Assembly (NCBI RefSeq): GCF_021028975.2 | Contig: NC_059439.1 | Coordinates: forward strand, 22,940,001-23,004,000 | Direction: 5' to 3' | Source of the DNA: Sphaerodactylus townsendi | Lineage: Eukaryota | DNA length: 64,000 bases | Made by a program: the position numbers and the translations under genes | In this document: in pieces, positions 12,306 through 24,741 of the stretch | Position numbering within the stretch: position 1 is the first letter of the stretch | How the letters are laid out: each line of letters opens with the position of its first letter | The notes under the pieces: generated by a model | What the model was told of the DNA's origin: nothing | What the model saw: only the letters and a program-made list of their open reading frames with translations | Database searches by the model: none

Positions 12306-12758
12306 TGTAACCCCCATGCTCAGAATGGGTTGACCCAATAAGGGGTGGAGACTCAAAGCAGCAAGAGGCTGCAGCAGACCTCATGTAGTTGGAGGAGACA
12401 AGGCTACCAGACACGGACCTTGGTTGTATAAGCCCTTAACACCTTGTTAAGGGTTTCTTTTGTGGTTGTAATGGGTGAGAGTTCTCCTGGAAACCTTCAT
12501 CATGTTGAATCCTGTTCATCAAGCCCTTGGAGTCTTCAGGAGCCAACCCACTTGCAAAGAAGAATTGGACTTGGCAGTATCAGTAGACTGTAAATATAAG
12601 GACTTGAAAATGCAACCTGAACAGGACCTTGAAATGTGATGTTAAATGTTGATGTTATATGTTATGTGTTAAGAAAGTAAACCATTTTGTTTTTAAAATT
12701 TTGTTGTGGCAAACTCATTCCAGGTTCTGCCCCACAGAACCCACAGATAGAGGTCACA
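12306..12758 (+). mobile_element. probable solo LTR
   Basis: TGTAAC...GTCACA ends, flanks CTTG/CTAG (3 of 4 match), CCAAT, TATAAG and AGTAAA signals in LTR order. Confidence 0.55.
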
Positions 12759-13078
12759 CTAGCCCATTATTTCAGCATTTGAAGTGCATGAATAAACTTT
12801 GTTTTGCCTGGCAATTCTGGAAATGTGTCATTTTTCCTTTTTTTGGTTTTCAATTAGTTGTTTTGGAAGCTAAGAAGTCTGAAAATGGGTCTCTAACTGG
12901 AATAGATAATGATTAAATCTAGGTCTTTGTGCATGCAAAGCTCACAACTGAATTCTACATTTATCCCCATGCATCACGAAGAGTGAAAGAATAATAACAA
13001 TCTGAAATTTGATGACATCAGGGTAGATGTTTATAAACAGAAAGAACAATTAAATAAATCATTCTATCAATCACACAT

Positions 13079-14044
13079 TTATGCATTCCAGCAAAACCCT
13101 ATAACTGAGACAATGTTTTTTCTAAGACTGTTCCTGACTTCTTTGTTTCTGAGGCTGTAAATGAAAGGATTGGCCATCGGAGTTAGAACTGTGTACAAAA
13201 AAGAGAAGACCTTGTTGAGATCCTGGAACTTCCCAGTTGTTGGAAAAACATAGACCGCCATTAAGGATCCATAAAAAATGGAAACCACAGTTAGATGGGA
13301 AGAGCAGGTGGAAAATGCTTTTTGCCTTCCAGTGCTGGAGGGGATTTTCAAGATTGCTGTAATAATAAAAGCATAGGATGTCACAGTTATGAGAAATGTA
13401 GGCAGAATCCCAATAGAAGATGTTATAAAAACTGCGATTTCTGCAGGCTGAGTGTCACTGCAGGAAAGTTGAACAATAGGGGTAAAATCACAGAAGAAAT
13501 GGTTGATTGTATATTGGTTGCAAAACTTAAGTTGTGACAACAAATACGTTAAGATGGTTATAAGCAGCAACCCAACCATCCATGATAAAGCAACAAGCAG
13601 GACACACACTTTCTCATTCATAAGTGTGGTATAGTGCAAAGGTTTACAGATGGCAACGTAGCGGTCGTATGACATGGCTGCCAAGAGGTAACATTCTGCA
13701 GCTGCCAGAACAGAAAAGAAATGCATCTGCAGGATGCAGCCCGAAAGAGAGATGGTTTTGTCCCCTGTGACAAAACTGGCCAGCATTCGTGGTAATATTG
13801 TTGAAGTGTAGCACGATTCCAAAAAGGATAGATTTGCCAGAAAGAAATACATTGGTGTATGAAGGTGCTGTTCAGCCATCACCAGGACAACAATGAGAAG
13901 ATTTCCCAACAGAGTCACCAAATAGATAGCTAGAAATAATAAGAACAGAAGAACATTCAAGTCTTCAACATTCCCAAACCCCAGGATGATGAAGCTGGTG
14001 ATGGCTGTTCTGTTTTGTTCCTCTGAGTTTTCCTCTCCCTGCAT
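13079..14044 (-). CDS. class II olfactory receptor (OR6/11-like), 321 aa
   Basis: Intact OR motifs. True start is MQGEE at 14044 by homology with 9346. The ORF-track extension MICHLQ lies in the intronic acceptor (TTTACAG|ATG). Confidence 0.95.
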   Translation of the reverse strand: MQGEENSEEQNRTAITSFIILGFGNVEDLNVLLFLLFLAIYLVTLLGNLLIVVLVMAEQHLHTPMYFFLANLSFLESCYTSTILPRMLASFVTGDKTISLSGCILQMHFFSVLAAAECYLLAAMSYDRYVAICKPLHYTTLMNEKVCVLLVALSWMVGLLLITILTYLLSQLKFCNQYTINHFFCDFTPIVQLSCSDTQPAEIAVFITSSIGILPTFLITVTSYAFIITAILKIPSSTGRQKAFSTCSSHLTVVSIFYGSLMAVYVFPTTGKFQDLNKVFSFLYTVLTPMANPFIYSLRNKEVRNSLRKNIVSVIGFCWNA

Positions 14045-14789
14045 CTGTAAATGACAAATCATATACTAAGTACTGGAAAAGCTTAGGAATTAACCCCCTC
14101 TCTTTCCATTCTTTTTCAAACAAAATCCCAATAAAGACCTTTTGAGGGACATGCAAAGATTCTCACATAACTGCATGCAAACAAATTGCTCAAACACTGT
14201 CTAAATATCCTTTGTAAACTAAGGCAAAGCTGGAGAAGAATGCTGAATGAGAAATGGGAACTATGAAAGACTGTTTATGTTGTCCATGCATGTGAGAAAG
14301 AAAGACTGGAGCATGTGTGCGAAAAACAAGGAAAATAATAACAAAAAATCTCTCCTCCCTCAAAGAAAAGAAAAGAAATTGGAGACAGCAAATAATTTTG
14401 AGAATGAGAACAACCAAATCATAATAGCTGAAAAAGAAGAAAATAAGAACCAAACATTAAGCGCTGACTAATAACCATAATTCTTCATATTGATCTTCCT
14501 TGTCTCTTTTTTACTTTTTAGGGAAAAAAAAACACATGTTGGAATTTAAATTAGAAGTTCCTTGTTATGAGCACCCCTTTCCAGGTTGGATCACATCAGG
14601 TTTTCAGCAGAGAAAATGAGGTATTATGGGGTATGGAGGGACAAGCAGCCAGCTGGGAGAAGGCTGCAACAAGAAAGGAAATTGGATGAGAACAGCACAC
14701 CTGTGAAAAAGACACATAGGTGCATATGTGCTGTACACACTGAAATGTGCTACATAAATATTTAGGAATGGAGTCTGTTGGACAACCCT

Positions 14790-15246
14790 GGTTTTCATGG
14801 GAGGTTCCGGTTCCGGCTTGAAATGAGAAGCTGTTTAAGTGATGAGCTCCGTCCAAGGCCAGATAAACTTTTTTTATAACTTTTAATAATCTTTTTAATA
14901 GATTTTAACTCAAAGCTGTTAAAGCCTATAGACAGACTAATCAACTTCCCAGATACGAATTGCAGCAGATAAGAAGGGAAAGTGGCTGAATATGGGGCAT
15001 AGGAAGCGCCAGAGAGACGCAGAGGAAAATACTCCCCCAACAGCCAAACAGCTTAAAATTGCTGTCTTTTATAACATTCAAGTTCCTACTGTAAACCGCT
15101 TCTCGGCTCTAACTGTAACTGAAGATGAAAGAGTGGATGATAAGGAGGCAAGCCGAGTTTGTGAAAACATAAATAATACGGAAGAGTTTGAAAACTCTAC
15201 AGAAGGAAAAGAAATTGTCTCGAAAGCTCCAGAGTTGCTAGACTAG
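14790..15246 (+). mobile_element. possible 5' UTR and ORF1 start of a non-LTR retrotransposon
   Basis: Lies within about 1 kb (14475-15520) that is absent from the paralogous region near 9760. GTTCCGGTTCCGG leader, then MGHRKRQRD..PTAKQLKI..VNRFSAL, an ORF1-like N-terminus. Confidence 0.4.
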
Positions 15247-15762
15247 GTAGCATGTTCCAATATATTGAAACTCACTGCTGCGACAGTTGAACATATCTAT
15301 GAGGAGATAAGGATGCTAAACTGCAAAATGGATTCATGGGAACCTGATTGACATAACTGCTTTTTTTCATTGTTGAATCCTGAAAAAAAAAAGTCTGGGG
15401 AACACCAAGGGTTCTCCTACATTTGAAAATCACTGGTACATTTGTACAACAAATGCACACGTCAAATTCTGCTGACTTCTAACAGTTTGTCTCTATTTCT
15501 AGAAGATGTGTATCTGCTCATGAACCTTTCAGAAGGCCAAATAAATTATCTCTGGTTTACCTGTAGATGAGTTCATTCTAGTAGTCCGAAATTATGTTAA
15601 CTGCTCTGTTCTTCCACTGTTATTTATATGTGTACACACAGAGACAAAAAATGGTTCAATTTCATCAACCTTTTATTCTCAACAGGAAAAAAACAAACAT
15701 CATAACAGCAATCGTTCTCCAAAGAGCATTTATCTGTAAACAAAACACACCAAACATTTTTG

Positions 15763-15772
15763 TCCCAAGGGA
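15763..15772. promoter_or_regulatory. O/E (EBF) site upstream of OR 13079-14044
   Basis: TCCCAAGGGA conserved with 9998-10007 while the flanks carry substitutions and indels. Confidence 0.6.
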
Positions 15773-16597
15773 TCATAGCTAATATGGAACAGAGGTAAAC
15801 CACAGACATTCAGAATAAACAGAGAACTCCCTCTCTACCCCTTTCTCTTTCTCTGTCTCTCTCCAGTTACTCAAATTATATCCCTGAGCTAGGGAAAATA
15901 ATAATTTTAAAACTTATATTTATGGACTAAAGACTGAAATCTCACAAATAGCAGAAATCCTAAATCTTTTTTTAGATCATTCCATTTCAGTGTGCAGATG
16001 GGGATTGCCATGACTGAATCCATTTCCTCATCATATTCTCCTGACTACATCCTATTATTTTCTTTTTCAGTAAACAATTTAATAAAGCTGGATGCCTTCT
16101 TCTGCATGCCTTTGCAAAGAAGCTTAATTTCCCTTAAAATTTCCCTTCTACATGATCCAGGAAAACAATGAAATAGAGCCTAATGTGAAATCTGCAAGGA
16201 GAATCACATGAAAGGGGTCTTTCATCTGAGCAGACCTGCTGAGGGTAGGTCCGAAGGGCAAAAAAATCCCTTAAAAAGTTTCACCCTTTTCAACTTAGGG
16301 AGATGGGATTGTGCCTGGAGTAGATGGCATGGAGCCAAAATGCAGATTTTCATGGATCCTTGTGATTTTCACCCCAAACCAGAGGTGGGGGGGGTGCATG
16401 GCGCACTGGGCACGTGCCCCTGTGGGGGTGTGGTAAGGGCATTCTGGGGTATGGCAGGGGCATTCCAAGGGCATGATGGGATGGGGGCATTCTGTGGCAG
16501 GACGGGATGGAGGATGCACTGGTGCACCCGACACTTTCCCCCCTTGCTACGCCTCTGATTGTATGTGCATATCTGCTAACTAGAATATGAGAAGGGG

Positions 16598-17053
16598 TGT
16601 CATGATATATGAAATTAAGGTTCACAAAAGGTTCATCTTCCAGTCAGCAGAAGTTTGCCCAACACAGAGGCCAGAGACAGTCAATCCAGGGACAAGAAGC
16701 TGCAGTTAACCTTTAACATGATTGGAGAGTTCAACTGTGACTCTAGACCAATGAGAGGCTGTTGCCAGGGTGGGGGAAAGTATCCTGTTGGATGTATAAG
16801 AAGCAAAGCATTGTATATGCTGAGTTCTGAGTCTAAGTTCAGAGTTTAAGTTCAGTGTGTGTTCAACTTTGTTCTTGCTGAAGTGTTCTGTATAGCTTTA
16901 TAGTCTTGTATAGCATAGTCTTGTGTAATCTTGAAACTGCTAAAGTAAAACCTTCCTATTGGAAATAACATCTTGAGTGGAGAGTATTCTTTCCCAAGAA
17001 TGCTAGGAGGTCGCAGTGAGTGCAAGAAGACTATAGACCTTCTCATCTTACCA
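16598..17053 (+). mobile_element. possible solo LTR
   Basis: TG...CA ends (TGTCATGA / TCTTACCA), CCAAT at about 16748, TATAAG at about 16795, AGTAAA at about 16944. No clear TSD. Confidence 0.45.
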
Positions 17054-18045
17054 GAGTGACTCCGCTTTAAACTCTGCTGATATCCCTCACCACTGAATTA
17101 CTGCTCTTCTTTCCATACCCAGTAGGGTGGCCATTTGTTTGCCCCCATTGAATAAAAATGGACTTACTTTTGAGTAGACCTGCTTTGGATTGCTGCATTA
17201 AAAGATCAGCTGGAGCAACCCTTAGTGATAGTTGGTTTGATTTTTTTCCTCTCCATTCCTAACAATGGACATCCGCTTTAATAAAAGGGTGTCAATTTTA
17301 CAGAGCTTTGGCTGTCCTCCTAAAATGGTCATTCATTGTGAATATATTTTCATCTATCGTTTAATTAATTTGTTAAATAACTTTTGAGCAGTTCTAAAAA
17401 TTCAATATCCTAAATATTTAACTGGTTCTCTGGCCTCATATTCAGGTGGCCTCATATTCAGGTGAGGCCACCTGAATATGGCTCTTATCTATATATATAA
17501 AAATCTAACAGTGTGTTTGTCTCTGAGGGGCTACCTCATAAACTGCTGGACGAACTCCTCCCAAACTTCCCAGGCACGTCACTCTGCCAAGCGAGAGTGT
17601 TTAGCAACATTTACATGACTCCGGCACCCGTCCTGAGCCATCAAATCCGCTTCTTCGCAGCTTTCCCATCCTCTACGCCCAGTGTTCCTCCCAGATACTT
17701 TCGCGTCCATTAGAACTTGCTCTTTTTCCACACACCCCTTCCTCCAGCCAACACGTTCTCTGCATGCCTCAAACTCCCCTCACATCCCTCGCTGAGCGAA
17801 CTGTCCCGCCATTTCCAGCAGCCACGCAGTCCACTCCCCTCCACCAGCTGTGCACGTTGGCTCTCTCCTCCGAAAGGACAAAGACTCCCTCCTGCGGCCT
17901 TCGACAACTCCCTCCCCACCCCCCTTGCTTTCCCGGGCTCGCCCCTTCCATCCCAATCTGCGGCCTCTAGTCAGGCTCAGCCAAACGCTGCCCAGCCCCC
18001 ACTGTGACAACTTCTTTTTTCCTTCCACACCCCCCTTGCTTCCCC

Positions 18046-18695
18046 GCTCTCTGCCCTTCCTCACAGACACACTTCACACAGCCTTAGCCTCCTCCATCCT
18101 TTTCAAAACTCTCTCACTGCACTCACACACTTCAACACAACCACCTCATCTCACACACTCCTCTCTGCCTTCCCTCACACACACACTTCACACAGCCATA
18201 GCCTCCTCCATCCTTTTCACAACTCTCTCACTGCACTCACACACTTCAACACAACCACCTCACACACTCCTCTCTGCCCTCCCTCACAGACACACTTCAC
18301 ACAGCCTTAGCCTCCACCATCCTTTTCAAAACTCTCTCACTGCACTCACACACTTCAACACAACCACCTCATCTCACACACTCCTCTCTGCCCTCCCTCA
18401 CAGACACACTTCACACAGCCACAGCCTCCTCCATCATTTTCAAAACTCTCTCACTGCACTCACACACTTCAACACAACCACCTCATCTCACACACTCCTC
18501 TCTGCCCTCCCTCACACCCACACTTCACACAGCCATAGCCTCCTCCATCCTTCGCACAACTCTCTCACTGCACTCACACACTTCAACACAACCACCTCAT
18601 CTCACACACTCCTCTCTCCCCTCCCTCACAGCCACACTTCACACAGCCATAGCCTCCTCCATCCTTTTCAAAACCCTCTCCCTGCACTACCTCAC
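18046..18695. repeat. 114-bp minisatellite (about 5.7 units) inside the Helitron
   Basis: Unit starts at 18061, 18175, 18284, 18398, 18512 and 18626 (period 114, one of 109). Strong C/A strand bias. Confidence 0.9.
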
Positions 18696-19520
18696 TTTGT
18701 GCCTTTAATCGTTCAATCCCTGCCTCACCCAGGATTACCACTCAACTCATCCACCTCACCCACACACGCTTCGCTCCCCCCCCCCCCGCATTCAGCCATT
18801 CACACACGCACACCTCATCACCACACTCAGCCCTCCCTCGCACTCTAACATCACATTTCCACTTCCTCGCCCATCTTCACCACACCTCTCTGCCTTCAGT
18901 TACTTCTAACACCCAGCAGCAAACGACCTAGCCCTCTCACACACAAAACTCTCCACCGACACCACCATCTCCTCCCTGCCTCGGCACATAACTGGCCTGC
19001 ACAGGTTCAGCCACTCGCTTCCTTTAAATCTTCCCTTGGTGTGTGGCTGGTTGCAGGTGCGATGTTCACCACCCTCTCCCCCCCACCCGCAACAACACCC
19101 TCTGTGTAGATGTGCCCATGCACAAATATCCAACGAACTCAGCTCTCACGGCTGTACCATAGGTAACCCAACACTACTCAAGGGGTCCAGCAGCTAAATG
19201 GCAAGTCCATACACTACAACTACACATCTCTAAAGGTACTGCCCTGCAACATTGCTCACTATGGGATCTTTCTCATCGTCACCTCCTCCCTGCAACACCC
19301 TGCAACCCAAAACACACCCATTAACAGAACAATTGCATCCCACAGACCATCCTCTGCCTCCTTCTGCTACGGGGAGTACAACCACAGTTCCCCACCTCAC
19401 AAGATGCACTGGCTCAAACACAATTCCAAAATACAACAAACTGATGCACTCAAGCTGATATGAAATAAATTTTTCTTTACTATTATGTATCCAGTTTTGT
19501 CGCCTTATTTACTTCATCGG

Positions 19521-19844
19521 TTTGTTGTAATTGAGGCCACAATATTGACAGGCCCTTTCAAAGGTGAGGATGTCCTCATCCCTCGCATACCCATGATACC
19601 AACAGATATGCCATTCCAATTTAAGAGACTACAGTTCCCCATCCGCTTAGCATTCGCTATCACCATCAACAAAGCACAGGGCCAAGCTCTATAATGGTGC
19701 GGTGTCGATCTACACTCCGAATGCTTCTCTCATGGCCAACTATACGTTGCATGCTCCAGAGTATCCACCCCAGAACACCTCTACATCTACACCTGCAACA
19801 GAGAAGCAAGAAATGTTGTCTACCCACAAGCACTGCAACCCTAA
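19521..19844 (+). pseudogene. Helitron RepHel Pif1-like helicase C-terminal fragment
   Basis: VIEATILTGPFKGEDVLIPRIPMIPTDMPFQFKRLQFPIRLAFAITINKAQGQAL*WCGVDLHSECFSHGQLYVACSRV..NVVYPQALQP*: motifs V and VI in one frame with a single internal TAA at 19692. Confidence 0.92.
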
Positions 19845-20845
19845 ACCTACAGGAATACTACACTCTGTCTGCACACCCTTCCCCCTTACATGAGACTACT
19901 ACAAATCAACGCTATAACAATGTGAACTGAAAAGGGAAAAAAGGATTCCATTTGACCACCCCAAAAGGCTATGCTGCGGATCATTGAACCTGCATGCACA
20001 TCTGTGTGGGTTGCGGACTGTTATGAGAAGGACAATTGCCACAGCAACGCGTGGCCGGGCCCCGCTAGTACTATTTAAAAAGAAAAAGAAAAGAAAATAT
20101 ACCTCTGCTTCCTCATTATCTTTTCTGTTGGGATCACTTTTTTCTGGGAGGGGGGGGAGTCGAGTTGGGTCCCCAGAGTAACGTTTAGTTTCCTTTCCCT
20201 TTGTTTCTACTGAGACACTAACACGCTTTATTATACTAGCTCCAGATGAATCTTCTCTTCCTTAGTTCTCTTCCTTAGCCCATAAATGAGCATGCAAGAA
20301 GGAAACGGTCAATGGGTTTCATCCACTGGTGAAAAAGCCTATGCTGAAGATCATGGACCTGCACAGATAAAACGTACTGTTCATATTTGACTGTTCCTTA
20401 GTATAGGCATTCCTTTCTGGTGGCATCCCAAAATGCCTTACCATCTACAGTTTTGCAAGGGAGATATCTTAAGATACCATACTTCAATAGAGTTTGGTAG
20501 AGTGACTTTGGTGCAGGTAGGGTAGTTATTCTGTATCACATGAATTTCGAACTATTTATGTGGTGCTAGAATTTTTATTTTTTTTCCTTTGTTCCAAAAT
20601 ATAAACCATAGGGAGACCTTTACTTTTTATTAAAGGATACCAGCAGACCTATCGCTTATTCAGTTGGAAAACTTTTCTGCACTTGTGATTTGTTTTCATA
20701 GTCATTCAAATATGGTCTAGCTTTGTATATTTTAGTAATCTGCTTAAAACTGATAAGAGGCAGAGAAAGAAATAAAAGTCATGTTGGATAGAAGGTGTAA
20801 TAAGAAGAGAAACTGGGCAGGTATGAGTGAACAAGTGGGTTGGAT

Positions 20846-20980
20846 CAGTGGTGGGATTCAAATAATTTAACAACTGGTTTCGGTGTTGGGATTCAAAGAG
20901 TTTAACAACTGGTTGTTTACAAGCACCATTTTAACAACCAGTTCTGCCGAAGTGGTGTGAACCTGCTGAATCTCACACTG
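20846..20980. mobile_element. hAT MITE (135 bp)
   Basis: TIRs CAGTGGTGGGATTCA / TGAATCTCACACTG and perfect 8-bp TSD GGTTGGAT (20838-45, 20981-88). Confidence 0.88.
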
Positions 20981-22008
20981 GGTTGGATCCTATCTAATAG
21001 GAAGGTTGAAAACCATTCAATGCATTCAGTTTGATGAATAGATGATATTTGTAATTCACGTTGTTCATTAAACTGTTAGAAATGGCTGTGCAATACCTTC
21101 ATTTCCATCTATTACCATTATCTATAGACCTTCTTTCTGTAAGAATCTGAGGCACAAATCTAGCAGAAGGCAGGAGATTGAGTTATGGGCAAACATTGTT
21201 GTTAAATTTAGAGATGTATGCATTTGTTTAAGACATTTTGGCTCACCTTTCTCCCCAAAAGGACTAAGGACTCACAGGAAATAACTAGAAATGCCTGTGA
21301 GATTGCATTTGAACCTAAATATATCAGAATTTTGAATTTTGAAGACTGTCTTCTGTAGCAATGCATCAGTACTTCTATATTGTCATACTGAACAATGCTT
21401 GTGGCAGCTAGTTTGGGTTAGTGGTAGCAAATGGATCTTTGGGGATCCTGGGAAGTCCACAGCTAGCATAGCACAGCTACTAAAATTAAATTGGATTATC
21501 TTTAATCAGATAAGAATCCTCAGATACCACGGCAAGTTGACAGATTTTGTGCCTCAATTTGTAGGATCTGAAAACTATTATACAGCAGAACCTTAATGGG
21601 ATTTTGATGTGTTTTAAATAGGGAATCCTGTAGTAGTGTTGTAATTCAGAAATAGGGAATCCTGTAGTAGTGTTGTAATTCAGAAATATTGTTTGATGAG
21701 TCTTTTTATTATTTTGGTTGCTTATATTTCTTGTACACCACCGTAACAAAGGAATCAATGGGCAACTAACCTGTTGACCTCTGTGATGGAAATCTGAAGT
21801 TCTCTGAATGGTATCCCTTACCTTTCTTGACAGCACATTTGCACCCCACGGTTTGCAGTGAAGAAGGAGGAAATGTCCTAATTTGGTTTGATCTATCAGA
21901 GTACGGATGTGGGGTTGACATCTTTTAAAGACAAAAGTCATTCCGTTTGTAATTGCATGTTCAGTATTCACAACAAATATTCTGATGTAAATATATATTT
22001 CCCTTCAG

Positions 22009-22965
22009 ATGCCTCATCAGAACACCACAGATACAGAAAAGCAATCAAATATTACAGAGTTCATCCTTGTGGGGTTCGGGAATCTCCAAGAACTTCAAGC
22101 TCTTCTCTTCTTATGCTTCCTGTTTATTTACACGATGACCTTGGCTGGGAACATCCTCATGATTATACTTGTTGTAGTTGATAAGCATCTTCATACTCCA
22201 ATGTATTTCTTCCTTGGAAATTTTTCCTGTGTGGAAACCTTTTATAGTTCAACCATCCTGCCAAATACTTTGGTTAGCCTTCTGACTGGGGACCGAAGCA
22301 TTTCATTCAACTTCTGTTTTGTGCAGCATTACTTTTTTGCATCTCTGGGGGCAGTTGAGTGTTACCTCTTATCTGTGATGTCCTATGATAGGTATTTAGC
22401 TATATGCTGGCCCTTGCATTACACAAACCATATGAATAGAAAATTCTGTGTACAGTTAGTCGGCAGCTCTTTCCTTAGTGGATTCTTAGCTATTTCAGTA
22501 ACAATAATATTAGTATCCAGGTTACCTTTTTGTGGCCCCAATGAAATCAATCATTTCTTTTGTGATGTTTTTCCTCTTATCGAGCTGTCTTGCAGTGATA
22601 CCCATCTTTTGAAAATCCTTCTTTATCTTGTTGCCTCTGTTTTTACCCTTCCTCCGTTTTTGTTGATCCTAATATCATATGGTTGTATCCTAACCACCAT
22701 TATGAGAATCCCATCCACCAGTGGCAGACAAAAGGCTTTTTCAACCTGCTCTTCTCATCTTATTGTGGTTACTGTTTTCTATGGTACAATAACAATTGTC
22801 TACATATTGCCCAAAACTGACACATTGAGGGACCTCAATAAAGTCTTGTCTGTTTTTTATGCGGTATTGACTCCTATGATAAATCCACTTATCTATAGCC
22901 TGAGAAACAAAGAAGTAAAGAAGGCTCTGAGAAGGCAGATTGATCAACTATTTGTGAAACCATAG
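22009..22965 (+). CDS. class II olfactory receptor (OR6/11-like), 318 aa
   Basis: [52 protein letters not shown]. Acceptor TTTCCCTTCAG|ATG. Confidence 0.95.
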   Translation: MPHQNTTDTEKQSNITEFILVGFGNLQELQALLFLCFLFIYTMTLAGNILMIILVVVDKHLHTPMYFFLGNFSCVETFYSSTILPNTLVSLLTGDRSISFNFCFVQHYFFASLGAVECYLLSVMSYDRYLAICWPLHYTNHMNRKFCVQLVGSSFLSGFLAISVTIILVSRLPFCGPNEINHFFCDVFPLIELSCSDTHLLKILLYLVASVFTLPPFLLILISYGCILTTIMRIPSTSGRQKAFSTCSSHLIVVTVFYGTITIVYILPKTDTLRDLNKVLSVFYAVLTPMINPLIYSLRNKEVKKALRRQIDQLFVKP

Positions 22966-23296
22966 TCCACCAAGTTCTGCCATGATGAGCTGAAGCCCTT
23001 GGACATGGTCGATAAGATTTTTGTTTCATGCCATATCACAAAATATTTGTAAAAGGCCCTTCTGTTTAAAAAAAGATCAGTTTGCTTTAATGTATGGAAA
23101 AATTCAGTTTGAAGTCACTAATACAAATAAATCTTTAGTGTGAAGAATTCAGTCCATAATTCTTCATATCCTAAGCTTGGGTGAGGTGGGGAAGGACTAG
23201 TGTGAATATGCATTATTGTAAACAAAACTGGGTAATGAAAATGTGCTTAAGAATAGGGTTTTTTGTCATTCACCAACATGATATCATCTGCTAAGA

Positions 23297-23572
23297 ATTG
23301 TTTGGATTTATACACCACCTTTCTCTCCTGTAAGGTGATCCAAGGAGGCTTACAAACTCTTTTCCTTTCCTCTCCCCCACAACAAACACCTTGTGAGGTA
23401 GATGGCACTGAGAGAGTTCCAAAGAAGTGTGACTAGCCCAAGGTCATCCAGCAGGATTCATGTGAAGGAGCAGGGAAACAAATCCTGTTTCATCGCTCAT
23501 GTGGAGGAGTGGGGAATCAAACCCAGTTCTCCAGATTAGAGGCCACCACTCTTAACCACTGCACCACACTGG
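23297..23572 (-). mobile_element. Squam3-type SINE
   Basis: Reverse complement: GGCCAGTGTGGTGCAGTGGTTAAGAGTGG head, CORE and L2-like tail. Confidence 0.75.
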
Positions 23573-24741
23573 CCCCAAGAGGAATTGTTATAATTCTGGT
23601 CACAAGCATTGGTACTGCCAACTGAAAATATCAGCTTGCAGCTGGAATGAGCAAAGGGTATAACTTCTATCTTAGCATTTAAAGATTTCATCTCAGTAAC
23701 ACATTACAACTGAAAAAAACACATCAAGCTCTGACTTCTATGTGTGAAGTAGCAATCACAGATCAAGTGTCACAAATGGAACTTTCCCAGCAGGCAATAT
23801 CATAAAAGCAAATTACTGGAGATTTGGAGGTGATGCTTGAAGAAGGAAGAGGTTGGGGAGGAGAGAAAGCTTGGCATGGATGTGATAGTGTCTGCCCAAC
23901 AATGCTGCCATTTAGGTGAATTTATGTCTTTAATCTGGAGATTGGTTGTAATCCTGGGAGAATGCCCGTCCTCATTTAGAGATCACATTCAATGGAGGCA
24001 ATAACACATTCAGTATTCTTTCTGATTTAATAAGTGAATAGATGTTTTTTGCCTCCTTCTCTACCTCAACAAAGATTGCTTAAAAGCGACTTCATACTAA
24101 AAGGTTCGCCTATCTTCACTGATCATATTAGAACTAGTCCTTTCCTTACAAATTGGCCTTCAGGATTTCATGTTGTTTTTGTCTCCCTGCCTTAAACTCC
24201 CTAGGAGACACTGATATAATCAGCTGCTGTCTTCAGATAGGCGATTGTTTTGCAAATACGTATAAAAATAAAGGGAGGATTTCAATTTCAGTCAAAAATT
24301 CGAGTCTGCTATTTTCAGTAACGGTTAAATCAACAAAGAAATTAAGGCAATTGGAGTTCTTGGGGAAATTGATGACTGCATTAGATTGATGAGTACCTTA
24401 AGAACCTAGTGAAAATTGAAGCTTTTCACATAGAATAAAAAAATATGTACAGTAAGTAACTATGATATTTTTTAACATTTGGCAAAAAAATGGAAATTCT
24501 ACAAGGAAGGGGTCTTGCAAGGATTGTCTGCTAGCTTGATGTAGTTTTCTTTTTAAAAAAATCCAACCCTTTGAACAATTGGTTTCTCCATTCCATATCA
24601 CAGAGCACTTTTGATTTTGAAGATCTAACCCCTTTGTGAAAGATTGTCATATTTCTTGGAAGACTTCTAAAACTGCTTTGCAGCTCACCGGACCCTGCCC
24701 AGAGGAGGATAAACTAAAAACATTGCTAATAATGCCACTCT

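Larger units (their letters stand above)
17488..20068 (+). mobile_element. non-autonomous Helitron (2581 bp), both termini intact
   Basis: Inserted between A and T with no TSD. 5' TCTATATATATAAAAATCTAAC. 3' hairpin GCCACAGCAACGCGTGGC followed by terminal CTAG. Internal Pif1-family helicase remnant. Confidence 0.93.

Noticed and set aside
13295-13537. Antisense ORFs over ORs (also 22741, 25919, 31459, 38269, 58104)
   Set aside because: Shadow frames of OR coding sequence. Their similarity to each other only reflects OR paralogy.
17850-18848. 332-aa His/Ser/Thr/Leu-rich ORF
   Set aside because: By-product of a stop-poor 114-bp minisatellite inside the Helitron. The repeat frame switches mid-ORF.
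21615-21690. Short tandem duplications (also about 1765-1812, 6527-6630, 30036-30085, 47820-48280)
   Set aside because: Two-copy local slippage events with no spacer structure. Not CRISPR-like and no sign of function.
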